Below are positions 1-13,309 of a stretch of DNA of 64,000 nucleotides, piece after piece. The stretch's first letter is position 1, and every line of letters begins with the position of its first letter. Origin of the DNA: Chiloscyllium plagiosum. Taxonomy: Eukaryota. The position numbers were made by a program, and so were the translations under genes. The notes below the pieces were generated by a model. That model was not told the origin of the DNA and made no database searches. It saw only the letters and a program-made list of their open reading frames with translations. Where the stretch lies: positions 86,828,730 to 86,892,729 of the forward strand of contig NC_057719.1 in NCBI RefSeq assembly GCF_004010195.1. Direction: 5' to 3'.

Positions 1-600
1 GTGGGGGGGGAAGGGCAAGGGGCGCTCTTTTGCGGAAGACTTCCAAATTCCCATAATGCAACACGGCGCAAAACTTCTCGCGGCTGCTCACCGGGCGCCG
101 TTAATCCTACTTCGCGCCGTCATTTCCAGGGCCGGCTGTTCTCCCGTCATCTACTCACTGCCGAAGCTCCGATTTGTCATTGCTTTCACCATCCATCTCC
201 TCCGTTAATCCTTTCCGGCGCCCAAACGCCATCTTCACCTCTGCTCAACCCGCTCGCCCCGAGCGGGGGCGCGCCCCCCGCGGGACAGCGCGCTCACAAA
301 CGTCTCTCTCCCATTGGCCCGCCGCTCTGCCCATCACAATCATGATTTCCGGCCTGCGCAACCACCGATAGGCGGGGTAGCCGCGACCCCCGGCTCTGAT
401 TGGTCATCATACAGAGCGATTATTGCCCAGCCTCAATCAGCGCACTGGTTCCTCACCGCCTGCCCGTTCTTTATCTTCCTTGTCATTGGTCAACAGTCGG
501 GACAATGGTGTACCATGATTGGAGAATCCAGTTGTCTATCATCAGGGAAGCCGCTCATTGGGGAGGAGGCCTCCCTACCAGAGGGGGCAGTATAGGAGAA
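1..600 (-). promoter_or_regulatory. CpG-rich promoter / first exon of a leftward transcript (candidate Cyrano/OIP5-AS1 5' end)
   Basis: High CpG density; five ATTGG (minus-strand CCAAT) at 313, 399, 485, 518, 557; YY1-type GAAGATGGCG on minus (236->227); minus-strand donors GTGAGT at 158 and GTGAGC at 91. Gene identity rests on synteny only. Confidence 0.7.
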
Positions 601-1439
601 AGCCGTTCTGCTTGCTGAGTTTGTGTTGGTATTCTGCAGAGCTGTTTGGCAGATCTTATTTCCGGACCTTTCTTTGTAATTCTGCCCGTTTAACATTGTT
701 AAAGTGCAAGGGTCGTGTAGAAGAAAATGAGAATACAGCTGGATTGATAAATTAGTTTGATAAAATGAATAGGTCAATTAGAGATGCAGTGATAGTGTCA
801 AGAGTATGCTGCAAGGACTACATTTAAGCCCTACCCCTTTAGAACAGGCTGATTAAAAATATCTGGAGATGTAGTAGCCAACATTAATGGGGATATTGCA
901 GAATATATAGAATATGTTTCAAAGAATGTGAATAAATACAAATTATGGATTTGCTACCCGTGGGTAACAAGAAGGATTAAACAGCCCAATTTAAAGAAAA
1001 AAGTATAATTCTGCAAAGATGTGGCAGGTCCGAATTTGGACAGAGCTTGAAAAAGAAGTAAAAATGTGACAAAGAAGACAGAAATGAGTACAAGAGCAAA
1101 CCAGCTAGAAATATAAAAACATGATTGCTTCTTAAAATATCTGTAGAAACTGTGTCAGCAAAATGAGCATTGGTCCCCAGTAGGAACAAGAATAGTCTCT
1201 TAAGCTTGTTCTGCCATTCATTGTGGGCATGGCTGATCTGTGGCCTAACACAATATACCTGCCGTTGTTGCATATAGAAACTGAGTGGAGAATTAAGAAT
1301 AATGAGCAAGTGCCAGTGTTGTACTCTGATGGACAAGTCAGAAGTCAGACAAGACCAGGTTATAGTCTAACATGTTTATTTGAAATCACAAACTTTTAGA
1401 GCGCTGTTCCTTTGTCAGATGAAGAGAATTAATAATGTA

Positions 1440-2850
1440 AGAAACAGACATCAGTGGAAGTGAACAGATATTTTGCATCAGTGTTTACCAGAGAGAGAAA
1501 AAGTAATAATCCCGAAACAATGACAGGTCAGGAAATGAAAGGCAGGGAGGAGCTTGGGAAAATCACAGTCACTAGAGAGTTGGGATTGCTGGACTGCAGG
1601 GTCACAAGTCTTCAAGTCTTGATGAATTTTGTTCTAGGGTTTTAAATAAGGTCATTAATGCATTGATTTTAATTTTCTAAAACTCTCTTATTTTGAGGAA
1701 GGTATTTGGAAATTGGAAAACAGTGAATGTTATTATTTTATTAAAGGAGGCAGAGAATGGCAAACTACAGTGCACTTTGCTTAATATCTGTCATAGGGAA
1801 AATGTTAGAAACTATAGTTAAACTTATAGTGAGGCACTACACTAAGTTCAGGTAATCAGGTGGAATCAACATGGTTTTGTGAAGGGGAATTCATTAGCCA
1901 ATTTAATGGGGTTCCTTGAAGAAATAACATATACTGAATAAAAGGCAACCAGTGGATTTATTGAACACTGATTTTCACAAGGCGTTTGATGAAAGTACCA
2001 CAGCAAAAGTTATTGTGAAAAATAAAGGCTCATGATATGGGCATATTATATTGGCATAGTCAGAAGATTGGCTGCTTAACAGGAAGCAGAGTTGGCATAA
2101 ATGAGACATTTTCAGGTTGGCAAGATGTAATAATTGCTGTGCCACAGGATTTGTTGGTGGAACATTAACTTCTTACTGCTTGTACGAATGACTTAAATGA
2201 AGGGACCAAAGGTTTGCTAAATATGCTGATAACTCAAGAATAGGTAGGAAAGTAAATTATGAAAAGGACATAAGGACCCCAAGAGGTTGAGTGAATGATT
2301 TGGCAAATAGGATATGATGTGGGAACATGAGAAATTACCTTTTAACAGGAAGAAGAAAGCATCTCATGAGAGATTTCAGAATTCTGAAATGCAGAGGGAT
2401 CTAGGTGTTCTACAAAAATCACAAACAGTTAGTATGCAGGTACAGCAAATAATGAAGAAAACCAATAGAATGTTATCATTTAGTGCAAGGGGAATTGAGT
2501 ACAAAAGCAAGGAGGTTATACTTCAGTTACAGGGCACTGGTGAGGTCACATCTGGAGTACTGTGTATAGCATTGGTCTCCCTTTTTAAAGAAGGATGTAA
2601 ATGTGTTTTAAGCAGTTCAGAGACAGAGCAGTTCAGATTTACTGGACTAATACAAGATTGGGCAGATTTTGTTATGAGGAAAGGTTGGACAGGCAGGGAT
2701 TGTATCTGTTAGAAGAATTAGGAGCGACTGAGACAATACTGTATCTCCAAGAGGGATGAGATTGTTTAAAACTCTCTTCCTGGAAAGGTGATGGAAGCAG
2801 AGTTCCAGAATATTTTTCAAGCAGATAGATTCTTGTTAAGGAAGGTGGTC
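1440..2850 (+). mobile_element. Decayed CR1-type LINE ORF2 fragment
   Basis: YFASVFT and QRDLGV..GIEYKSKEVILQL motifs typical of CR1 ORF2; many stops and frameshifts. Boundaries approximate. Confidence 0.8.
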
Positions 2851-3007
2851 CAAAATACAGATTTAGGATTGCTCAGATCAGCACATAGTTGGTATACTAA
2901 CCATGAGTCACTTTAATCTGAATTTAGATTGGGTTAATCAAATTGGCAGAGGTACCCATGAGGAAGAATTCAAAGAGTGTGCTTGATATATTTTTCTAGA
3001 ACAATAT

Positions 3008-3574
3008 TGTGAGAGGTAATTTCGGTTTAAACTTTAAGATGTGCCTGGACCACAGACTGGTCTATAATAAAAGACAAAACTTTTGTTTCTTTTCTAGAAC
3101 ATTTTATATACTCAAAAGTAGAATAGTTTAAATTGTGCAGAATGCTGACAATTTGTGAGCAGAGTAAAAACAAACAGGCCCTTGATTGATGAAACCATTA
3201 ACACAGGCGGGAAGGATGAGTCCTTGACTGATAAGACTCCAGGATAGGGGAACGACTCGAGAGACATCTGTTACAGATTAAAGTCTTTGACTGATAAGAC
3301 TACAGGGTGAGAAAAACAACAACTTTAGAGACTCTGGAGCCATTTGTTGCAGACTTTGTGATAAGAATAATGATGTTTTTAAGAATGTGAACCTCATGGC
3401 TTGTTAGAGCCAAGGAGAGGAGGGACTTGTACTGTATATAATGGGAGACTTTGTAAGCCTCAGCGCGCCTTTTCTTCAAGGGTGCCCAACTCTGCAGACT
3501 TGACTTGTTAATAAAACTTTGTTTTCCTGAATTTGTCTAGAGCGATTATTGAGAAGCGATTTTCATTTCTAACA
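3008..3574 (+). mobile_element. Solo LTR (567 bp)
   Basis: Begins TGTGAGA, ends TCTAACA; AATAT direct repeat at 3003-3007 and 3575-3579; TATATAA near 3435 followed by AATAAA at 3510; interrupts a CR1 remnant. Confidence 0.8.
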
Positions 3575-4640
3575 AATATGTTGTGGATCAACTAAGGGAT
3601 CAAGTTATTAATGTGTAACAAGGCAGGTTTAAAAAATGATCTCAGAGTTAAAGATTTGTGAAAACACAGTGATCATGATAGGATAGAATTTAGTATTCAG
3701 TCTGAGGGGGAGAAAACTGGGTAGGAAACAACTGTGCTAAGCTTAAATAAGGTTAGTTACAAAGGAATGGGGCAGAACTGGTTGGAATGGACTGCAGCAA
3801 AGACTGTTGAAGAATAATGGCAGCCATTTCAGAAGGTTGCTCATGGCTCAAGGCAAAGATATGTCCCAGTGAGGAAGGAGGATTCTAGGAAGTTAGGTGG
3901 TGGGGGAATAAGGCAATCTTGGTTAACCAGTGAAGTTAAGGATAGCATCAAATTGAAGAAAAAGAAACAATGTAGCAAACATTAGTAGTAAGCTAGAGGA
4001 TTGGAAAATTATAAAAACTAACAAAAGATGACCCCAAAAGTGGGAGAAAATAAATAAGGGTAACAAGTAAGAAATACTTAAAATAGGCAGCAAGAGCTCC
4101 TTTAAAAGTACGAAAAGGAAGAGAAAGGCCAAAGTGAACATAGGCCTCTTAGAGAATGAGGCTAGGGAAATAATGGGGAACTGAGAAATGGCAGAGGAGT
4201 TGAATAATTGCCTCGCATCAATCTCTACAGTAGAAGACACTAAGAGCATTCCAAAATTATTAAATAATCAAAGGGCAAAAGGAGGTAAAGAAATAATCCG
4301 GTCGATATGGGTGAGTTGGACTGAAGGGTCTGTTTCCATGCTATTCATCTCTATGTCTGTAAATACAATAAATATCTCTAGAGTAATAGAGTGATGGAAA
4401 CTATTGAGTCTAAAGACCGATAAGTCTACTGGACCCGATGGAATGCATCCCAGAATATTAAAGAAGTAGCTATAGAGATAGTTGATACACTGATCTTCCT
4501 GGAATCCTTAGATTTTGGAAAAATCCCAGAGGAATGAAAAATTGTCAGTGTAACACTTTCATTTAAAAGGGGAGAAGAAAACAATAACTATAAACTGGAT
4601 AGCTAACATTAACTGGTTAGTCTAACCAGTTAATTGGCTA

Positions 4641-4748
4641 CTGAAGATGTGTTGCTGGAAAAGCGCAGCAGGTCAGGCAGCATCCAAGGAACAGGAGAAT
4701 TGATGTTTCGGGCATGAACCCTGAAGCATCTGCAGTCCTCACTTTCTC
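4641..4748. mobile_element. Short Penelope-derived insertion with 15-bp target duplication
   Basis: CCAGTTAATTGGCTA at 4626-4640 and 4749-4763 flanks GTTGCTGGAAAAGCGCAGCAGGTCAGGCAGCATCC..., the same terminal family that adjoins the GIY-YIG ORF at 14.2-15.0 kb. Confidence 0.75.
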
Positions 4749-6295
4749 CCAGTTAATTGGCTAGTTGACTGGTTTAGTCTATTAGGAAGAATGTAATAAT
4801 AGAATACTTAGAAATACATAATATGAACAAGCCTGGCTTCATGAACGGAAAATCATACCTGACAAATGTATGAGGATTCTTTGTGGAAGTAGTAAACATG
4901 ATAGATATAGGGAAATTAGTAGATGTAATATATTTGAATTTCCAAAAGGCATTAGGTAAAGTGTTGTACATAAGGCTACTTAATAATAATTTTGGAAATA
5001 ATATAATAGCATGGAGGATTAACTCCTGAAAGAAGTCAGAGTTGGGATAAGGCAGGTAATTTCAGGATGGAAACCTGGGGTACCACAAGGCTCAGTACTG
5101 GGGGCAAAATTATTTACGATACACAAATGGCTTGGATGTCAAAAGTGAATATATTATCACCAGATATGTCAAGGATAATACAAAAATAGGTGGGAAGGCA
5201 AGCGGTGAGGTTGACACAGTATTCATAGAGAAATATAGACAGATTGAGTCGACTAAAGCTTGGCAGATAAAATATAATGTCGGGAAGTGTGAATGTATGC
5301 ACTTTGGCAAGAATAGAGGAGTGGAATATTATTTAAATGGAGAAACACTGCAGAAAGCTGAAGGGAGTATTGGGGGGTCCAGATACGGAATTACCAAAAG
5401 CTAGCATCCAAGTTTGGCAGTCAGGAGGGGTGGGAAATAGAATGGCCTTTATTTCAAAGAATGTGAAGTTTAAAATAGTGAAATCTTGCTAAAATTAAAA
5501 AATACACTTGTCAGATTACTGTGAATAATTCTTTCCCCCCCCCCCAATCTAAGGAAAGATATACAGCAAACATTGCTTTAATAAACACCTATTGACAGTC
5601 TTGATAAACGAAGAAAAATTAATACCTGAAATACCCAGATGTTTACTGTGTCGTCGCAATGTCTGTTAGTCAGTGGAGGTTGTGAGAAGGCTGTCGGCTG
5701 GTAAGTATTCTAAGGCAAAGTTGTGTTATTACTTAAGTAATTTATGCTGCAAGTAAAATTTAACAGTGATGTGTGTACTGCCTGCATTACATTTCTGTTT
5801 TTACATTGATGCTGCTAACTAAAAAGTTTGCTGTACTGGCATTGAAGGCAGTACAGTGAAAGCTCACTAGGTGAATGATCTTAGGTGTGTACAGGGATTT
5901 TCTTGCCTTTATTCATTGGAGTTTAGAAGAACAAGAGGCACCATTATTGAGTAAGAGATTCTTAGGGGATTTGGACAATGTAGATGCAGAGAGGTTGTTT
6001 CCCCTCAGTGTTGATTAGTGCAGGGGGCACAATTTCAGAAAAAGGGGTGACTGATTTAAGGAAGAGCTTATGAGGAATTTATTCTCTCAGAGTGAAGTGA
6101 ATCAGTGGAATTCTTTACCGCTATATCAGAGGCTGTATCATTAAGTATGTTCAAGGCTGAGACGGATTTTTAATCAGTAGGCAGTCAATAGTTACAGGAA
6201 AAGGCAGGAAGGCGGGGTCGAAAATGATCAGATCAGCCATGACTTTATTGTACGGCAGAGCAGGATTGAGAGGCCAAATAGTCTACATCTGCTCA

Positions 6296-6590
6296 GATTA
6301 GATTACCTACAGTGTGGAAACAGGCCATTCGGCCCAACAACTCCTTACTGACCCTCCAAAGAGTAACCCACCCAGTTCCATTTCCCTCTGAGTAATGCAC
6401 CTAACACTACGGGCAATTTTGCACGGCCAATTCACCCTGACCTGCACATCTTTGGACTGTGGGAGGAAACCGGAGCACCCGGAAGAAACCCACGCAGACG
6501 CGGGGAGAGTGTGCAAACTCCACACCGACAGTCACCCGAGGCTGGAATCAAACCTGAGACCCTGGTGCTAACCACGGAGCCACCATGCTT
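6296..6590 (-). mobile_element. tRNA-derived shark SINE (HE1/V-SINE-like)
   Basis: Reverse complement of the CTGCGTGGGTTTC..CGGGTGCTCCGGTTTCCTCCCACAGTCCAAAGATGTGCAGG core; (TAATC)n tail. Confidence 0.85.
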
Positions 6591-6921
6591 CCTTGATTAT
6601 ATGTACCTTCGCAGGATATGTTCAATAGGAGCATAATCATTGATCTCATGTTCACATCCATAAATGTCACTGGAGAAAAGCACTTTACAGCTTGATTTGG
6701 TAACAGAGCTGGACACAGCTTGCTTATAAAAATAGATTCTAGCTGACATAACAAGATTCCACGAAAGGACTCAGTTGGCACTCTATTGACTGTGTAATAT
6801 TGCAAGTTTGATAAAGCCAATGCACTGGTGAACAGTTCTGAAAATGTCTGTTCATTTTTTTTCTGGTAGTTAATTGAAGGATGCCTCATGTTTGAAGGTA
6901 ATTTTAAGATGAAAAATAAAT

Positions 6922-7235
6922 GGGCGGCACGGTGGCTCGCACTGCTGCCTCACAGCACTGGAGGCCCGGGTTCAATTCTCACCTCGGGCAACTGTAAATG
7001 TACAGTTTGCACACTCTCCCCGTGTCTGCGTGCCTTTCCTCTGGGTGCTCCGGTTTCCTCCCACAGTCCAAAGATGTGCAGGTTAAGTGAATTGGCCATT
7101 GTAAATTGTCTGTAGTGTTAGGTGAAGGGGTAAATGTAGGGGAATGGGTCTGGGTGGGTTGCTCTTTGGAGGGTCGGTGTGGACTTGTTGGGCCGAAAGG
7201 CCTGTTTCTGCACTGTACGTAATCTAATCATCTAA
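6922..7235 (+). mobile_element. tRNA-derived shark SINE (HE1/V-SINE-like)
   Basis: GGGCGGCACGGTGGCTC head, B-box-like GGTTCAATTC, conserved core, TAATCTAATC tail. Confidence 0.85.
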
Positions 7236-8192
7236 AACAAAAATTAGCTGAGGGCTGTTTATGAAGTTTCAAACGAGCATGACTGTCCATTAGGTAATTA
7301 AAGTTTTCACACCGTACATTTGAGTCTGCACTGGGTCATTGATGTCAGAGAAGACCAGAAATTCCAAGAGGAAATAAAATGCAATTCTTGATCATAGTAC
7401 AGTGTCCCCCCGCCGAAACAAATTAATACAGTATCAACTTGAACATAGGTTCTCGAAATTTGCTTCCGACATACTCCTTCCTTCCCATGTTATAAAAACA
7501 TTCTTAGAGCACATTGCATTATTTCAGCATTAAAAACTCCTTAAAGTCAGAGCATTTTAAAATGTTTTATTTCAATGTGAAATTTATTGATTGCACTCAG
7601 CAATTCTGACAACTGGTAAAAGCCTGTAGCAATTTCAGATGCATGAATATTCCACAATTGGTAGGGTGCTGCTCTTGATATACACCTAAATANNNNNNNN
7701 NNNNNNNNNNNNNNNNNNNNNNNNNNNNNNNNNNNNNNNNNNNNNNNNNNNNNNNNNNNNNNNNNNNNNNNNNNNNNNNNNNNNNNNNNNNNNNNNNNNN
7801 NNNNNNNNNNNNNNNNNNNNNNNNNNNNNNNNNNNNNNNNNNNNNNNNNNNNNNNNNNNNNNNNNNNNNNNNNNNNNNNNNNNNNNNNNNNNNNNNNNNN
7901 NNNNNNNNNNNNNNNNNNNNNNNNNNNNNNNNNNNNNNNNNNNNNNNNNNNNNNNNNNNNNNNNNNNNNNNNNNNNNNNNNNNNNNNNNNNNNNNNNNNN
8001 NNNNNNNNNNNNNNNNNNNNNNNNNNNNNNNNNNNNNNNNNNNNNNNNNNNNNNNNNNNNNNNNNNNNNNNNNNNNNNNNNNNNNNNNNNNNNNNNNNNN
8101 NNNNNNNNNNNNNNNNNNNNNNNNNNNNNNNNNNNNNNNNNNNNNNNNNNNNNNNNNNNNNNNNNNNNNNNNNNNNNNNNNNNNNNNNNNNN

Positions 8193-8336
<144 letters not shown>

Positions 8337-9129
8337 TGAGCATTTCCTGTTACTGAGCCTGGCTTCTTGTCATGGAATTTTAATTCAGCCAGATGCTATA
8401 GTTGGATTTGAGGTCACATCTCCCACAGCATTCCCCGAACCGTCAGGTTTGCTTGTCAGGGGCAATGCTAGTATGCCACTGGCTCCAACATTTGAACCCT
8501 AGTTGCTGTCAGTACATTCTCTTGAGTTATTAATGACGAACTATCACTGTGTTACTATCAGTGGTCTCTGGCAGTTAGTTGCCAAGGGTTATGGTCAGGT
8601 CACTGTCAATGCATTATCCTTCATTACTATTGGTGAATTATGACTAGGTTACTGTCAGTGGATGACTGAGTTTATGGTGAGTGGGGTCTCTTTGTTATGA
8701 TGATTGATGCGTTCTCCCTGGTGAGTGTCAGAGAGTTCTCTACGGGTATCATCAGTGAGGTATTGCTGAGAAAAGAAACATTTTATCCAAGCTCATTGTG
8801 TTGTACAAAGAGGGACAATTTGCAAGAAATATCAATTCGAAGGGAAACCCGCCATGCGATGAGAGGGCAATGCTGATTGGTTGGTAACCATCAGTAACTT
8901 GCTTGTTGCAGACAGCCAAAGGGACATGCTGTTTCATCCAATGCACCAATCCTTAGGATATGGCCCAGATTAGCAATCACTCACTCCCCACTGCGAATGG
9001 GTTGTGTGGTTCCCTCTGTGACACATACGCCTGATCCCAGAGCCTTCGCTCCCCTGGCAGATGTTTCCAGGAGGTGGAAGTGGTCCTTGGATTTGGGCAT
9101 TCCTTTCTCCAGCTCCTTCTCCTTTCTCC

Positions 9130-9390
9130 CTCTTGCTGACAAGTGTTCAAAAAGAATTGTCACCCTTCAGACAGGACCTTGGTCCAAGTCAGTTGGAGGG
9201 TCTCCCATACATCGGGAAGTACGCTTCATTCCTTCAGGAGCTTTCGAAACACTTTGTCCTTCTCATTCGAGTGCCTTCTTGAGCTGGGCAAAGAAGATTT
9301 CTTTTGGCAGTCAGAAGGCAGGTGTCCTAAGCATGTGGCCAGCCCACCACCCAGGCTTTTGGAGGGTCATGGCGTCAGCATTGCTGTTAG
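9130..9390 (-). mobile_element. Decayed RTE-type LINE 3' fragment
   Basis: Minus strand reads WAGHMLRTPAF*LPK, resembling the RTE ORF C-terminal LRWAGHV.RM...RLPK motif. Confidence 0.55.
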
Positions 9391-10015
9391 TACACCTGTC
9401 CCTCCCGGCTGGTGTTGTAAGCCTGTCCCTCCCGGCTGGTGTGGACTGTGTTGGTGTTGTACGCCTGTCCCTCCCGTCTGATGTGGACTGTGTTGGTGTT
9501 AGTACGCCTGTCCCTTCCGGCTGGTGTGGACTGTATTGGTGTTGGTACGCCTGTCCCTCCCGGCTGGTGTGGACTGTGCTGGTGTTGGTACGCCTGTCCC
9601 TCCCGGCTGGTGTGGACTGTGTTGGTGTTGGTACACCTGTCCCTCCCGTCTGGTGTGGACTGTGTTGGTGTTGGTACGCCTGTCCCTCCCGGCTGGTGTG
9701 GACTGTGCTGGCATTGGTACGCCTGTCCCTCCCGGTTGGTGTTGGTACGCCTGTCCCTCCTGGCTGGTGTGGACTGTGTTGGTGTTGGTACGCCTGTCCC
9801 TCCCGGCTGGTGTGGACGGTGTTGGTACGCTTATCCCTCCCAGCTGGTATGGACTGTGTTGGTGTTGGTACGCCTGTCCCTCCCGGCTGGTGTGGACGGT
9901 GTTGGTACGCCTGTCCCTCCCGGCTGGTGTGGACTGTGTTGGTGTTAGTACACCTGTCCCTCCCGGTTGGTGTTGGTACGCCTGTCCCTCCCGGCTGGTG
10001 TGGACTGTGTTGGAC
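9390..10015. repeat. Minisatellite, ~43-bp unit GTACGCCTGTCCCTCCCGGCTGGTGTGGACTGTGTTGGTGTTG with shortened variants
   Basis: Directly visible tandem copies. Confidence 0.95.
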
Positions 10016-10479
10016 TCTGCACCTTCTCCCCTTAGAATGTGGATTCCAGACCTGCACGCAGTACTCTCCCTCTGGCCTAACCAATGGTTTTTTTACTTAT
10101 TCATATGTGGGACTTGGGCATCGCTGGCTGGCCAGTATTGATAGCCCATCCCTAGTTGCCCCTTCACAATGTGGGGGTGAGCTGCCTTGTTGAATTGCTG
10201 CAGTCCACTTGCTGTGGGTTGACCCACAATGCTGGTAGGGAGGGAATTCCAGGGTTTGACCCAGTAACAGTGAAGGAATGGGATATATTTCCAAGTCAGG
10301 ATGGTGAGGGGCTTGGAGTGGATTAGGGACATTTAAGCGACTCTTGGATAGACACATGGATGACAGTACAATGCAGGGTATGGAGGTTAGTCTGATCTTA
10401 GAGTGGGATAAAAGGTTGGCACAACATCGAGGGCCGAAGGGCCTGCACTGTGCTGTACTGTTCTGTGTTCTGTTATTTT

Positions 10480-11588
10480 CAGGTGTAGTTCTGGGTGCAG
10501 GGTGTAATCCAGCAGTGGGTGCCTGAGGTGCATTGTGCTCAGACTGATTCTTGAGGGTTGGTTTAAAAAAAAGGCTAGTTTCTGCTGTTTTGCCATCTTT
10601 CTCCTTCCATGAGGAAGCTGTTCACAGGGTGTCAGATAAGGCTTTCTGCCTCAAACTGCTATCCTGCTGCATTCTGCATGTTAGTCATTGTCTCCTCAGA
10701 GCTGCAACTGCTTCCCAACTCCCCTCAGGATAGAAGACAGAAGGGAAATGGAAAGTTCTTGTGGTGCTACATCCTGGACTTCATTGTCTTCATCTCCAGC
10801 TTCAGTTTCCCCCATAACAACAAGTTGTTGTAGATCAGCTGTAGAGAGGTCTTCACAATGGGACTCCAGCATCTCCTCGACATCCTCAGTCTCCACGCCT
10901 TCAAATCCAACTTGCTCTGTAAGAGTGACACAATGTTCGTTGATTATTGAGATCTCCTCTGATGGTTCAACTCCTTAAAACTCATGAAGAAAATCTGGGA
11001 GAAGGTTCCACCAAACTGCATGCAACCAGTTCTTACTGACATCACCACAGACCTCCCCAATGATGTCAGTCACATTCTTAATGTGAAAGCTCTTCTAAAC
11101 TGAACAGCATTGTCCTGATTCTCCCCCTCAGGAGTTGCAAGCAGCTTCCTGAATGTGTGCTTTAAATAATAAACTTTAAAAGCTGCTATTGCACCCTGGT
11201 CCTTGGTTTGAATGACAGAGGTTATGTCCCGAGATAGAAATAGCACTTTGATCTTTTCAGAAAGCTCACTGATGGTGGGAGGGTGGCTTGGGTGCATTAT
11301 CTATAATGATGAGAATCTTGAGATCCACATTTTTTCTCCTGGAATAATTTCTACAGACATCCTCAAAAACATCAACAGTAAGGTCAGAAAAACCTTGCCC
11401 CATTATCCATCCTCGTCTGCTTGACCTGAAGTGAGCACCTCGAGTGGACTCAGCGCTAGGTAACTCCTCGTGCCAGGGATGGTATTGTGTAACAGCCAAC
11501 AGGAGTTCGTCTTTTTAAAAAACGCATTCACCAATCACATTACAGCCAAATCGTGTTGACGAAACGCACGTTATAGAAGAATATCCTG
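10480..11588 (-). mobile_element. Decayed pogo/Tigger-like DNA transposon
   Basis: DDE_1-type motifs LKILIIIDNAP, TSVIQTKDQGAIAAFKVYY and DVEEMLESHCEDLS; TA|CAGG terminus near 11588; SINE-like piece inside. Confidence 0.75.
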
Positions 11589-12696
11589 TATCTGGATTTT
11601 TACTCCAGTGACATTATCATTTTAACCCTAACTCCCTTCAGTCAGATTCCATGGATTTTTCTTGATTACTGAACTAGGTCTGAATGCCACTTGGTGACTT
11701 GGGTTACAATCAGAGTTATGCAAAGGCCAGATGTTACAGTTCGTAGGGATGCAAATTAAAAACAGAAAATACTCAACAGTTCAGGCAGCATTCACAAAGG
11801 GGGAGGGACAGAGAGAGACGGAGTTACTGTTTTAGCTCATTAAACTTCCAGCAATCTGACCTGTCCATGGTTACAGTCATAGAGATGTACAGCACAGAAA
11901 CAGACCCTTCACTCCAACTCATCCCAACCCACCTGCCAGCACCCAGCCCATATCCCTCCAAACCCTTCCTATTCATATACCCACCCAGATGCCTTTTAAA
12001 TGCTGTAATTGTACCAGCCTCCACCACTTCCTCTGGCAGCTCATTCCATACACGTACCACCCTCTGTGTGAAAAAATTACCCCTTAGTTCCCTTTTATAT
12101 CTTTCCCCTCTTGCCCTAAACCTATGCCCTCTAGTTCTGGACCCCCCCCCCCACCCAGAGAAAAGACCTTTGTCAATTTACCCTATCCATGCCCCTTTAG
12201 ATGCTTTTGGTCCCTGTTGGTGAGCTATATCTCTCTCAGCTGAGTAACCAGCATTAATCCACTCATTATAACCAGGAAGATGGAGTGCAAGATGGTTATG
12301 TTCAGGCAATCTGAGAGGCAGGAGTTTTTTAAAAATTCCATCACGGGATCAGGGTGTCACTGGCTTGGCCAACAATGATCAGCTGTCCTTGGGGGGAGTT
12401 AGACATCAGCTACATTGCTGGGTCTGGTGTCACATATAGGCCAGGCATGGTAAGGATCGCAGTTCCCTTGCCTGAAGGACATTAATGGGCAGTGGTGCAT
12501 CTGTGTGCTTAGGAGGGGACTGGGTTGGACACTGACTCTGGAGGCTGTGAGAGGGCTGTTTGAACTAAGCTCAGGATTTTCATTTGGAATGAGATTCAAG
12601 CTGATGTTAATAATGCACTGAACTGCCCATGATTCCCAGCCTTTGAATGAGTTTGGATCAGGCTCACTGTGATTTTGTGTTCTGCTGTCTCCTCAG

Positions 12697-12765
12697 CATC
12701 TCTACAGCATCCACCTGTTGGAGCACACTGAGGATTGTACAGTACAGCTGGCTGACCACATCAAG
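12697..12765 (+). CDS. DCTN1: Dynactin subunit 1 exon (69 nt)
   Basis: ctcctcag|HLYSIHLLEHTEDCTVQLADHIK|gtaagg; in frame with the previous exon. Confidence 0.96.
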
Positions 12766-13309
12766 GTAAGGGTATCACTCAGTAACAATACCTCACTCAA
12801 CATCAGCAACTTTACAGCGCTAGACCATGGGATACGTTTGACTGGAGTTACATGGGGAATGGGGCCTGGGTTAGGCTGTTGAGAGCTCTCCAGCCTGCTC
12901 TTGTTCAGTTCAGTACCTGGGTCACTGACACCTTTGCCTCCAGCTTCCTGTCTGTGGTTCACATCAATTGGCAGAACACAGCATAAAATACAGAGCTCTC
13001 AATTAGTTTTACAGGAGGAGAGACACCTGGCTATGTGTGTGTGTGTGTTTGATGTCAGTCTGCATGGTGCAACATCAGGGACTGTACCCCGTGAGAGTCA
13101 GTGTGTGTGTGAGAATGTATCTCTGTGTGGGGTGGCGGGGGGGGGGTGCAGGGCAGGGCAGTGTGTGTGTGTGTTTTTTTGAATATATGTCTGAATCACC
13201 AAACGTGGCAGCACAGGTAGAGTGATTAAAGAACCCTCCTAGAATGCAGATTAAATGGTGGCTGATGGGATTGCTCGACATGTTCACCCTAACCTCAGAC
13301 ATAACTAGT

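Larger units (their letters stand above)
2890..6290 (+). mobile_element. Old CR1-type LINE (endonuclease to 3' end), interrupted by the solo LTR and a Penelope-derived insert
   Basis: MAEELNNCLASISTVED, DNTKIGG and WQIKYNVGKCECMHFG motifs; degenerate. Boundaries approximate. Confidence 0.75.

Noticed and set aside
8997..10193. 398-aa Cys/Trp/Val-rich ORF and overlapping ORFs
   Set aside because: Product of the 43-bp minisatellite; open in several frames with no coding signature.
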